From Macrostomum lignano (Eukaryota), in contig NIVC01000673.1 in NCBI GenBank assembly GCA_002269645.1, forward strand, positions 124,001 through 188,000: a DNA stretch of 64,000 nt, in the 5' to 3' direction. This document shows, piece by piece, positions 36,451 through 47,800 of the stretch. The notes beneath the pieces are model-generated. The model saw only the letters and a program-made list of their open reading frames with translations. It was not told the DNA's origin and did no database searches. Numbering within the stretch: position 1 is the stretch's first letter; each line of letters begins with the position of its first letter. Position numbers and translations under genes: made by a program.

Positions 36451-38633
36451 TAGGGAATACGAAATCCCGAGTTTTGCCAATCCCGGGATTCTTGGGATAT
36501 CCCGGACTTTGCCAATCCCCGGATCCCGGGATTAAAAAAGTTTCCAATCTTTGTTGGTGCAATTTTGGTTTACGAAGCCATCTAATCTGATTTTAAAGGG
36601 TAATTTCAGTAATAAAGTAAAACATAATATCAATAAAATATTTTGCTAACAAGAAACTGCCAGTGAGCTCTGAATTGGAGTGTGATGTATGGTCTACGGA
36701 CTGGCGTATTAGACGTGCTTTTTTACATGCCAGTATCAGCTCAGGAAAATCACACTTGATTGTGATTAGGGGTCCGGGATTTACCGGGATCCCGGCTTTT
36801 TGTTAGTGTTCGGGATCCCGGGATTAGGGGTCCAGGATTTACCGGGATCCCGGCTTTTTGTTAGTGTTCGGGATCCCGGGATTAGGGTCCGGGATTTACC
36901 GGGATCCCGGCTTTTTGTTAGTGTTCGGGATCCCGGGATTAGGGGTCCGGGATTTACCGGGATCCCGGCTTTTTGTTAGTGTTCGGGATCCCGGGATTAG
37001 GGGTCCGGGATTTACCGGGATCCCGGCTTTTTGTTAGTGTTCGGGATCCCGGGATTAGGGGTCCGGGATTTACCGGGATCCCGGCTTTTTGTTAGTGTTC
37101 GGGATCCCGGGATTAGGGGTCCGGGATTTACCGGGATCCCGGCTTTTTGTTAGTGTTCGGGATCCCGGGATTAGGGGTCCGGGATCCCGGTAAACACGGG
37201 ATTGGAATTTACACTTTGCAGAAGTGAATATTGTTCGTCTTGCAGTTAGCACTTAACAGTTTTGAGAGAATTTTTGCATCCAGAGAATGAAGTTATAGAA
37301 TGAAGAACAGTAGAAATATCAATCAACTGTATCAAGCACTACTAGTCACTAGACTAAGGGTCTAGTCTAGACTCTAACTGTCTAAGTGGCGATGGCTTAA
37401 CTGTCTAAGAAGCGATGGCCTGGACACTGGGCCCACTGGCCCGGGCCCCGCCGCAGGGCGCAGGCGCAGCTAAAGGAAAGGAAAGGGGGGTGGGGACTGA
37501 GTTCTAAGTCTGAGCCTCTGTGTATGTGAGGTGGTCTGTGTTGGGGGCAGAGAGAGGCACTAGTGCAGCGTATATACACACAACACAGTCCTTAATCCGA
37601 GGGGAGAGTGGTAGTAGTGGTAGTGGTATGTATAAGCTAGCTATAAGCCATGTATAATCAATGCAGTATAAGCTAGAAATAGAAAGTAGAAACCCAAATG
37701 ATGCTCAAAATAGTTGATAAATTTGTTTTGTGGATAATGGAAAGCTTCCCATAAATTTGTTTGTTCAATCCCGGGATTGGCCCGGGATCCCGGGATTGTA
37801 AAATGTCCGGGATTTGGGATCCCTAATTGTGATGTAACCTGGGGAATGATAGCTCACAGAGCTATGGCCCGATACTGATACCAGGGTAGAAGGGGATCAG
37901 ACCCCACCCTCCCAGGGGCTAGCTTGGGTTGTGGTCCGATAGCAAGGTCGCACTGTTCGAATCCCAACTACGGCCAATGAGTTTTGAAGGTATGGACTGC
38001 TTAAAGTACATGTAGTTCTGCCACCAACCCTATGCTGGACATCTAAAGGGTGTCCTGACAGGGCTGAGAATGACCGCATAGGGGGGCTTCTGATCTGCGC
38101 TTCTGATGAGTCGAGGCTCCATGATTTTAGCTGGGTTTGGGATAGAGAGAAAGTTCAAATGAACAATGACTTGACTCCCGTATGGCAAGCGCCAGCGCTG
38201 TGATAGGAAACAACGAGGAATTGGTTTCTATGGCTTTGGGCTCTGTGCACAGGTTTAAGAATAATAATTACATTAGTCTGCGAGTACTTTATGCATACAG
38301 TTGCACGACATTATTACACCTGAAATCTCCTTACGATCTGCCTCAGTTTTGCATCCCTGCAGTTCAAGCCTTCTCACTAGCCTGAATGCTTAAAAGATTA
38401 ATAAAACAAAGCAGGACAACTGGGCTGTAATTTTCACCTGACAGTACACAAGTAGCTCAGCTGCAGATACTACTACTCGAGAATGAATGAATTATTGAAA
38501 ACCCGGATCGGGATCCCGATGATCAATCTCGGGATTTTCGAATCCCGGAGAAGTGTGATCCCGGGATTCTAATCCTGGGATTCAGGCATAATCGAAATCC
38601 CGGGATTTCGGGATCCCGGGATTGTATTCCCTA
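36451..38633. mobile_element. Non-autonomous hAT-type DNA transposon, ~2.18 kb
   Basis: Termini TAGGGAATAC...GTATTCCCTA, an 8-bp TSD GTTGCTGC at 36443-36450 and 38634-38641, and subterminal CCCGGGAT motifs. No transposase ORF. Confidence 0.88.
36767..37825. mobile_element. Nested non-autonomous hAT-type element, ~1.06 kb
   Basis: Termini TAGGG(G)TCC...GGATCCCTA and an 8-bp TSD ATTGTGAT at 36759-36766 and 37826-37833. The left-terminal ~57 bp is tandemly amplified about 7 times. Confidence 0.82.
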
Positions 38634-39029
38634 GTTGCTGCTCGAGGTCGTAATGTCTGCGGAGGTCAAGAAGAACTCTGATTAGAACACCGGTCCCAAA
38701 GGTCCCAAAGGACTATCGCAAAGGTCGACGATCTCTTAATTGTCGCTTAGTTGTTGGAATGCCGAAGCCAACGCCGATGTAGAGGAGAAGCTGGAGGCTT
38801 TAAATGGCGCAGATGAGGTGATTCAGGTAGATCTTGATGTGATGCGAAAGTCAGGAACCGATTGTTGATTGAACGAGTGTAAATTCTTGCGATATATTTG
38901 TAGTAGAATAATCTAAGTTTCTTAACGAGACACAGGTCGAGAGCAATAGCTTAAATATTGTAAATATTGAATTCCACTGATGCACTGCATGGCTGAGTAA
39001 GTGGAGAGGCTTAAGGTGGCGAGGCAAGG

Positions 39030-39265
39030 CAAGCGCAATGATGCACACTGAATTGCACAGAGTACGCATTGGCTTACTGTGTGCATAGAACACGCTGACC
39101 GCAAGGGCAAGATGCACACTGAATTGCAGAGTACGCATCGGCTTACTGTGTGTATAGAACACGCTGATCGCAAGGGCAAGATGCACACTGAACTGCACAG
39201 AGTACGCATTGGCTGACTGAGTGCATAGAACACGCTGATCGCAAGGGAAAGATGCAAACTGAATA
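39030..39265. repeat. ~70-bp tandem repeat, about 3 units
   Basis: GCAAGGGCAAGATGCACACTGAATTGCACAGAGTACGCATTGG... repeated. Confidence 0.8.
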
Positions 39266-39599
39266 AAGTTAAGCGACTGAATAAGTTCAGTCAAGTTAAT
39301 AACTGAATAAAGTTTAATTGAATCAAGTTAAGCAACAAACCCCACACACACAGTTACCCAGCTAACAAACCAACGAACCGTCACTTCAGATCTATCCAAA
39401 GACAAGATGGAATCTGAGTTGGCTAAGAGCTATGAATATCATTTCGCTGCCAGAATGTGCAAGCTGCCTCGTATGAGAGACATTGTTGCCGCCAAATCTA
39501 CTCAAGCGCTGCCCAGATGCGTTTAGATTGGACATTCTAAAGTCAGACGCTTATTCAGAATGGCAGTGCGATTCAGTCAAGGGACTTTTTACATCTTTT

Positions 39600-39810
39600 A
39601 AGCCAGGAAATTGATGTTCGCAAGGCTATTTTAGTTTGCAAGAAGACAGAACACGATCGGATCAGTCTGGAGGCTCAACGAAGCCTTCACTTTCAACTCT
39701 CTGACAGTTCAATCTATCTCAAAGAACGCATCAAAGGAACCTGGTACAGTCTTCTGCACCTGCAATTCAGGACACAAGTCTGAAGATTGTCCAAAATTTG
39801 CAACAGCGGC
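39600..39810 (+). mobile_element. Possible degenerate retroelement gag remnant
   Basis: Frameshifted translation gives IDVRKAILVCKKTEH and a Cys/His knuckle-like FCTCNSGH...EDCPKF. Weak similarity only. Confidence 0.25.
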
Positions 39811-39814
39811 TAGC

Positions 39815-40400
39815 CGTTGTTATCAACCCTTGCCAGGGTCACGCTGAACGGGCAGCGCCAGGAACTCCGCGACTTCACGTGATCGGGAGGCTCCAGCCTC
39901 CAGGATGAGCAGGGCAGTTGAAACGTGCAGATTGTCGTGCAAGGCCGCGCCACAATCAGGGCAGCTGGGAGACGTCTCAGGGTTCATTCAGTCGGTGCTG
40001 GTAGCAACAAAGCAAGGGGCTGAAGCCTGAGCGCAGTTGGGCTAGCAGGCAGTTGGATATATCAGTGATAAGCTCACAGTGGTCAACGCAAGCAGAAGCA
40101 GCCTTCAGGTCAAGGGCTACTGCGCCGGTTCTTTCTGGGGGCTTAGCTTGGCAGAATCCAGCGCTAATCTGCTAGTCAGCATAGGTCAGCATAGGCAGCA
40201 GCAATTTCTCGAAGATTTTTGCTAGTGGGGAGAGGAACGAGATTAGGGCGATAGGAGGTTCCATCAGCTTGAGGTTTGCCGCTCTTAATGAGCTCTTGAA
40301 GTCGTACGGGGCTGCTTCAACTTGGCTGGCAAGCAAATAACCTCCCACTCGGCATGATGCATGTTCCAGTCCCCGCAGACGATGGTTGGCGTGTCGGTGA
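39815..40400 (-). mobile_element. Degenerate, internally deleted non-LTR retrotransposon (LINE) fragment
   Basis: The minus strand encodes RT-like PIALISFLSPLAKIFEKLL and GAVALDLKAASACVDH, then a C-terminal SPSCPDCG...H(V/L)FNCPAHP (one frameshift) and EVAEFLAL, ending in a short ACAAC tail. Stops and frameshifts are present. Confidence 0.7.
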
Positions 40401-41223
40401 GTAGCATACTCTGATGTCAGATATGAAACCGGCGGAGAAGAATGTTGAAGGTGTTCAACATTCAACCGGTGTTGAAGATCCGAATGGTGTGGTTGGTCGG
40501 GTATTCCTTTCCTTTTCTATTCTAAGCATCTTCAAATCATGCCACAAGTTGTCGAATAGTTATTTTTTCAACACTAAAACACCCGCTGGCTTCATTAGGA
40601 CTTCGGAAGTCCAGAAGATGAAATGCTTGAGATTTTTAGCTAATTCTTAATCTAATACCACCGGAGACGGGCCAGCAAAATCCGAACCTGCTGCTTCAAT
40701 TTATATTCTTTAAAATTTTCCGGCTTTGAACGCGTTTCTTGGAATGATTAAAACAAAACGATCAAGCTTTAGAACCGTTTTGATTCAAACAGAATTTTCG
40801 GTATCGATTTGATGACTTCAAAAAATGGAGAAAACTGTTTTTTAGTGAAAATTGTGTCCATCAGTGGTCTGGTTCACGTGACGCTCTGTTGCTGCATTTG
40901 CTATGGAGAGCAGCCTCCTTCTCTGCGGCTCTGTGCCATTATTCTCACGAAGCCCCCGAGCTGCGCCCCTCACCCTGTGCAGCCTCTGCTCGCACTGAGC
41001 CAGTTGAATAGAGAGCTTCTATAAGCACATCATTGTCGGCGTGGAAAGATGCAGAATGCTCAAACAAACTGAATTGCTACTAAGGGTGATGAAGCGTTTT
41101 TCAAAGTTCTGGCAAGTCTCGAATTATTGAGCTGCAGCAGAGTAATTACCGCTTTGCTCAGCCGGTGTTGCACGCACCGCAAGACATCATCAGCACCCGC
41201 AACACCAGCACACGGAAGGCCCG

Positions 41224-44200
41224 ATGGCTGAGGACGCCGAGCTGCAGGCAGCCACCGAGCTGACATGCAGCGGCTGGGACGTCAACGCGACCGACTCTGA
41301 CGGCTGCTCGGCCCTGCACAACGCAGTGCAGCTCGGGAACTGTCGGGCTGCCGAGCGCCTCATCCAAGCAGCTGCTGACGTCGACCTGCAGACAAGCGCC
41401 GGCTCCAGCCCACTGCACATGGCGGTTCAGCGAGACCATCTCCAGCTGGCGGAGCTGCTGCTGAGGTCGCAGGCCGATCCCAACCTGCTGGCTGGAGACG
41501 GCCAGACGGCCATTCAGATGGCCATCCGAGCTGGCAACGACGACCTGCTGCGGCTGCTGCTGGCGGCCGGTGCTGACGCGAACTGGCCGACCGGTGAGCC
41601 GCCGCTGCTCACCGCCATCTGTCTGGGACGGGCTGAGGCCGGGAGGCTGCTGGTCTCGGCCGGTGCCGACGCGAGCGTCCGAGCCCGGACAGTGTCCGAG
41701 GCCACTGCGCAGGCGCTTCAAGCTGGAGATGCGGAGAAGCTGAAGCAGAGTTTGCCGATGCCTGCGATTCTCGCTGCAGCGAGCCTGGGACAGCGGGAGA
41801 TTCTGGTCCACCTGCTGGCATCTGGAGCTGACTGCGACACGAGAGACGGGAAGGGGGCGACCGTTTTGCACCATGCGGCACGCAAGGACAAGGAGATGCT
41901 GGCGATCGCCTTGTCCCTTCAGCAGGAGATCGGCTGTCTGAGTGACGAAGGCTCATCTGCTCTCCACTTTGCTGAATCTGAAGAATCAGTAAGTCAGCTT
42001 CTTTTGCTAGGAGCAGACATTGACAGGAGAAACGTCTTCGGCAATTCGCCACTTTTTGTGGCTGCCAGCAATGGTTGCCGAAATGTGGTGGCCAAGCTGA
42101 TCGACTGTGGAGCAAATATCGATCTGCAGAACAATGATGGCGTCCCACCACTGGCCGCTGCATCTAACAAAGGGCATTTGCAATTAGTGGCCAAGCTGAT
42201 CGACTGTGGAGCAAGCATCGATCTGCAGCAAAATGAAGTCGCGTCACCATTGCTCCTTGCATCCTTTCAAGGTCACGTGCAAGTAGTGGCCAAGCTGATC
42301 GACTGTGGAGCAAGCATCGATCTGCAGAACAATGAAGGCGTGTCACCACTGTACATTGCCGCAGAGATTGGTCACTTGCAAGTTGTGGCCAAGCTGATTG
42401 ACTGTGGAGCAAGCATCGATCTGCAGAACAAGAATGGCGGGTCACCACTGAACAGTGCCGCATTGGCCGGCCACTTGCAAGTTGTGGCCAAGCTGATCGA
42501 CTGTGGAGCAAGCATCGATCTGCAGAACAATGATGGCTGGTCACCACTGTGCATTGCTGCATTGAAAGGCCACTTGGAAGTAGTGGCCAAGCTGATTGAC
42601 TGTGAAGCAAGCATCGATCTGCAGAACAATAATGGCGTAACACCGCTGTACATTGCTGCATTCAAAGGCCACTTGCAAGTTGTGGCCAAGCTTATTGACT
42701 GTGGAGCAATCACCGATCTACAGGACAATCATGGCGTAACACCGCTTTGCATTGCTGCAGTGAATGGCCACTTGCAAGTAGTGGCCAAGCTGATTGACTG
42801 TGGAGCAAGCATCGATCTGCAGAACAAGACTGGCGTAACACCGCTGTGCATTGCTGCAGTGAATGGCCACTTGCAAGTAGTGGCCAAGCTGATCGACTGT
42901 GGAGCAAGCACCGATCTACAGGACAATCATGGCGTAACACCGCTGTGCATTGCTGCAGTGAATGGCCACTTGCAAGTAGTGGCCAAGCTGATTGACTGTG
43001 GAGCAAGCATCGATCTGCAGAACAAGACTGGCGTAACACCGCTGTACATTGCCGCACAGATTGGTCACTTGGAATTAGTGGCTAAGCTGATCGATTGTGG
43101 AGCAAGCATTGATCTGCAGAACAATGATGGCGTGTCACCACTGTACATTGCCGCAGAGATTGGTCACTTGCCAGTAGTGGCCAAGCTGATCGACTGTGGA
43201 GCAAGCATCGATCTGCAGAGCAATAATGGCATGTCACCACTGTACGTTGCCGCACAGAATGGCCACTTGGAAGTAGTGGCCAAGCTGATCGACTGTGGAG
43301 CAAGCATCGATCTGCAGAGCAATAATGGCATGTCACCACTGTACATTGCCGCACAGAATGGCCACTTGGAAGTAGTGGCCAAGCTGATCGACTGTGGAGC
43401 AAGCATCTATCTGCAGAAAGTGAGTGGCGCGTCTCCACTGTACATTGCCGCACAGAATGGCCACTTGCATGTTGTGGCCAAGCTGATCGACTGCAGAGCA
43501 AATATCGATCCGCAAAGCAAGAATGACTGGTCACCACTGAACAGCGCCGCATTCAATGGTCACTTGCAAGTTGTGGCCAAGCTGATCGACTGTGGAGCAA
43601 GCATCGATCTGCAGAACAAGTATGGCTGGTCACCACTGAACAGTGCCGCATCAAATGGCCACTTGCAAGTTGTGGCCAAGCTGATGGACTGTGGAGCAAG
43701 CATCGATCTGCAGAACAAGTATGGCTGGTCACCACTGAACAGTGCCGCATTCAATGGCCACTTGCAAGTTGTGGCCAAGCTGATCGACTGTGGAGCAAGC
43801 ATCGATCTGCAGAACAAGTATGGATGGTCACCACTGAACAGTGCCGCATTCAATGGCCACTTGCAAGTTGTGGCCAAGCTGATCGACTGTGGAGCAAGCA
43901 TCGATCTGCAGAACAATAAAGGCTGGTCACCACTGTACAGTGCCGTAGTAAGAGGCCACTTGCAAGTTGTGGCCAAGCTGATCGACTGTGAAGCAAGCAT
44001 CGATCTGCAGAACAATAATGGCAACTCACCACTTAATGCGGCGGCCCAGAAGGGATATTTTGATGTTGCCAATAAGCTTATTTGCTGTGGAGCAAATACG
44101 CATTTGCAGGATAATTTTGGATTCGCACCACTACACAATGCGGTGCAAGAAGGACACTTGAAAGTGGTGACAATTCTAGTTAAAAGTGGTGGAGGCATCG

Positions 44201-44723
44201 GTCTGGAAATTGACATTTCTGGCGAGTTCATGCCCCAGTCAAAGAAAAATTTGTGTTTTCCTGATGCTTCAACTCAAGCAGCTCTCTCGGTGAACACTCC
44301 AGTGCACCTCGCCGCGGAATTCGACCATCCTGATGTTCTCCAATGTCTGATTAATAATTATGAGAACGTGAATAAACTAAGTCGTGTGACCCCACTGCAT
44401 GTTTCTTGCCTGTGCAATCTTGCTTATATTGCGAAGCAGCTGTTGCGTTCCAGAGCTGATGCAGAACTCCGTGATGAATACGGCTTAACAGCGGCAGACA
44501 TTGCTGCAATTCGTGGCTCACCGGAGCTTTATTCGGTATTTTGCGACTTATCAAATGATGAAAAACCGTCTGAACCTGTATCATTGCTGAATGTGGCTTC
44601 TCAGCAGTTACTGACGCACATTCACCTGGTTTGCTGCTTTGGAAATGCAGAGTTCGTGCAAGGCCTCTGCAGCAAAATGGTCGGAATTCGCGATCCAATT
44701 CGCGTGCCTGTTTTGGACTTCAA
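41224..44723 (+). CDS. Exon 1 of the ANK-cGLR gene: ankyrin repeat region (~30 repeats, 21 near-identical)
   Basis: 33-aa GxSPLxxAAxxGHLxVVAKLIDCGASIDLQxxx units. The apparent ORF stop at 44725-44727 lies inside a GTAAGT donor. Confidence 0.93.
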
Positions 44724-44752
44724 GTAAGTTTAGTAACCTACTCCAAACTTAG

Positions 44753-44821
<69 letters not shown>

Positions 44822-47800
44822 TTAGATTGATAGATTGATAAATAAATAAATTCAGTCAGTCAACTTCATTCCCACAGCGAGTCCGAGTTCTCAAAGCGGC
44901 TCCACAAGTCCCTCAGCAGCTCAGGATTCACCCGCATCAACGCGGCTGTTCAGAGCGGCACTGCGGCTGCCTTGGAGCAGATTCTGAGACAGAGTCTGGG
45001 CAGCCAATGCTTTTTGGTCGGCAGCTTCGCCGATGGCTGGGGCAACTGCCTCACAGGAATCTGCGGTCAGACTGATGCGGACTCCGACATGGATGTCACT
45101 GAGTTTGAGACGGGATTGCAGCTGCACATTGCGGGAAGTGGAGTACACGACGAAATAGAGAGAAAATTAACGTGCAAAGAAGTCGAGTTCAGTGACGGTC
45201 ACATCAAGCACCAAATAGACTGTGAGTTCTAGTCTGACTTCGGAAAATGTGCAACAGTAATCATTCGTACAAACCATGTGACAATCTTTAGTAGTGCTGA
45301 CTAGCAATCTTTGCCCCCCGATGGGGGACATCTGGATAGAATCTCTGTTCTCTACAAGTAACAAAAAGACAGCCAAAAAAAGCCTTCACAAAGACAACAG
45401 ACAAACTGCTAGAATGAAGTGCAATGCAAAAAAATCATACCCAGACCGCAAGCATTCCCCGGATAGCAAGCATCCCCCAGATAGCAAGCATCCCCCAAAT
45501 AGCAAGCATCCCCCAGATATCAAGCATCCCCCAAATAGCAAGCATCCCCCAGATAGCAAGCATCCCCTAGATAGCAAGCATCCCCCAGATAGCAAGCATC
45601 CCCCAAATAGCAGGTATCCCTCAGATAGCAAGCATCCCCTAGATAGCAAGCATCACCCAGATAGCAAGCATCCCCCAGATAGAAGCACCCCCAGATAGCA
45701 AGCATCCCTCAGATACTTAGATAGCAAGCATCCCCCAGATAGCAAGCATCCCCTACCAGATACCTACCAGACAAATCTACCAGACAATAAGTAGCTAGTG
45801 CAACAATTTCCTTAGCTTTATGGTGGCTCCTCTAAAATTGGCATGACGCTTACTTTTACATTTGAAATTGTGTATCTTTAATGTTTGATATGGAGTTATG
45901 TATATGTTTGACATGGTGGCTCTTTAATGTTTGAGATGGTTGGCTCTTTAATGTTTGACATTGTGGCTCTTTTATGTTTGACTTGGTGGCTCTTTAATGT
46001 TCCACATGGTGCTCTTTTATGTTTGGCAAGGTGGCTCTTTAATGTTTGACATGATGGCTCTTTAATGTTTGGTATGGAGTCACGTATATGTTTGACATGG
46101 TGGCTCTTTTATGTTTGACATGTTGGCTCTTTTATGCTTGACAAGGTAGCTCTTTAATGTTCGACATGGTGGCTCTATAATGTTTGACATGGAGTCACGT
46201 ATATGTTTGACATGGAGTCATGTATATGTTTGACATGGTGTCTCTTTTATGTTTGACATGTTGGCTCTTTTATGCTTGACATGGTAGCTCTTTAATGTTC
46301 GACATGGTGGCTCTTAAATGTTCGAAATTTTGATTTTTAGTATATTGGATTTCATTTTTAGTATATTGGATATTTTTTCTGAAATCTATCTCACACATAC
46401 ACACAGACAACTCATTTTTAGTATATTGGACTAGCCAATCCCAACCCCCGTTGGGGCTTTCCGTCCAAACTCCAACCACAGTTTTCACCATCCACAAAAT
46501 CCCCGATGCAAAGAATCTCACATGCAAAGAATCCCCCATCCAAAGAACCCCCATCGATAGAATCACCGATCCGAATAATTCCCCATTCAATGAATCCCCT
46601 ACTCAAGAAATCCCCGATCTACAGAAGCCCCCTATCTAAAGAATCCCCATCCAAAGAATCCCTCATCCACAGAATCCCCATCCAAAGAATCCCTCATCCA
46701 CAGAATCCAAATATAAAGAATCCTCCATCCATCCCTATCCAAAGAATTTCCTCATTCATTCCTATCCAAAGAATTTCCTCATTCATTCCTACCTAAAGAA
46801 TCCCCCATCCATCCATATCCAAAGAATCACCCCCAATGAATCCGCGTCCAAATAATTCACATCATAATCCCCATCTAAATAAACCATAGATCTCCCATAT
46901 AAATAATCCATAGATCTCCGATCTAAGAAATCCGCCATCAAAGAAATAATTGGCCAAAGAATTCCCTCATCTAAAGAACCCCGTCCGAATAATACCCATC
47001 CAACGAATCCAAAGAATCTCTCATCCAAATAATCCCCCTATTAATAGAATTCTTGGCCAAAGAATCCTTTCATCTAAAGAACCCCTGTCCAAAAAACCCC
47101 CCCATCTAACGAATCCTTCATCTAAAGAATCAACCATTCGAAAAACCCTCCATCGAAACAATGCCCCATCAAAGGAATTCCCTAATGAATCACCTATCCA
47201 AAGATATTCATTAGAAGCATCCCTCATCCAAAGAATCATCAATCCATAGAATTCCCCCAAAACTTAACATCTCAGCAATTCCCCGAGCCTCGACACCTCA
47301 TAAAATTCCCCCAAGCCTCGACATCTTACCAATTTCTCCCCGTCCAAAGCCTTGACATCTTACCAATTTCTCCCCGTCCAAAGCCTTGACATCTTACCAA
47401 TTTCTCCCCGTCCAAAGCCTTGACATCTACCAATTTCTCCCCGTCCAAAGCCTTGACATCTTACCAATTTCTCCCCGTCCGAAGCCTTGCCATTTCAGCA
47501 GTTCCCCGTTAAGCCTTGAAATCTCAGCAATTCTCCCCCACAAGTCTTGCATCTCAGCAAGTCCCTCTTAAGCCTTGCATCTCAGCAAGTCCCTCTTAAG
47601 CCTTCACATCTCATTAATTCCAATAGGTAAGATTTTATACATGCATTTCAATAATTCCCCCTGTAAATCTTGACATCTTAGAATTCTCTTCCGAGCAAGC
47701 ATCCCCTGATAGAAAGTACCCCCACCAAGATTAGTGAAACAATTTCCTCAGCTAGCCAATTCCAACCCCCGTTGGGGCTATTCGTCCAAACTCCAACCAC

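Noticed and set aside
36057-36590. ORFs 36057-36590 (+) and 36143-36562 (-) as genes
   Set aside because: They run across the hAT insertion boundary at 36451 and show no recognisable domain.
41158-44698. Minus-strand ORFs over the ankyrin exon
   Set aside because: Antisense shadows of the 99-bp coding repeat with no independent domain signal.
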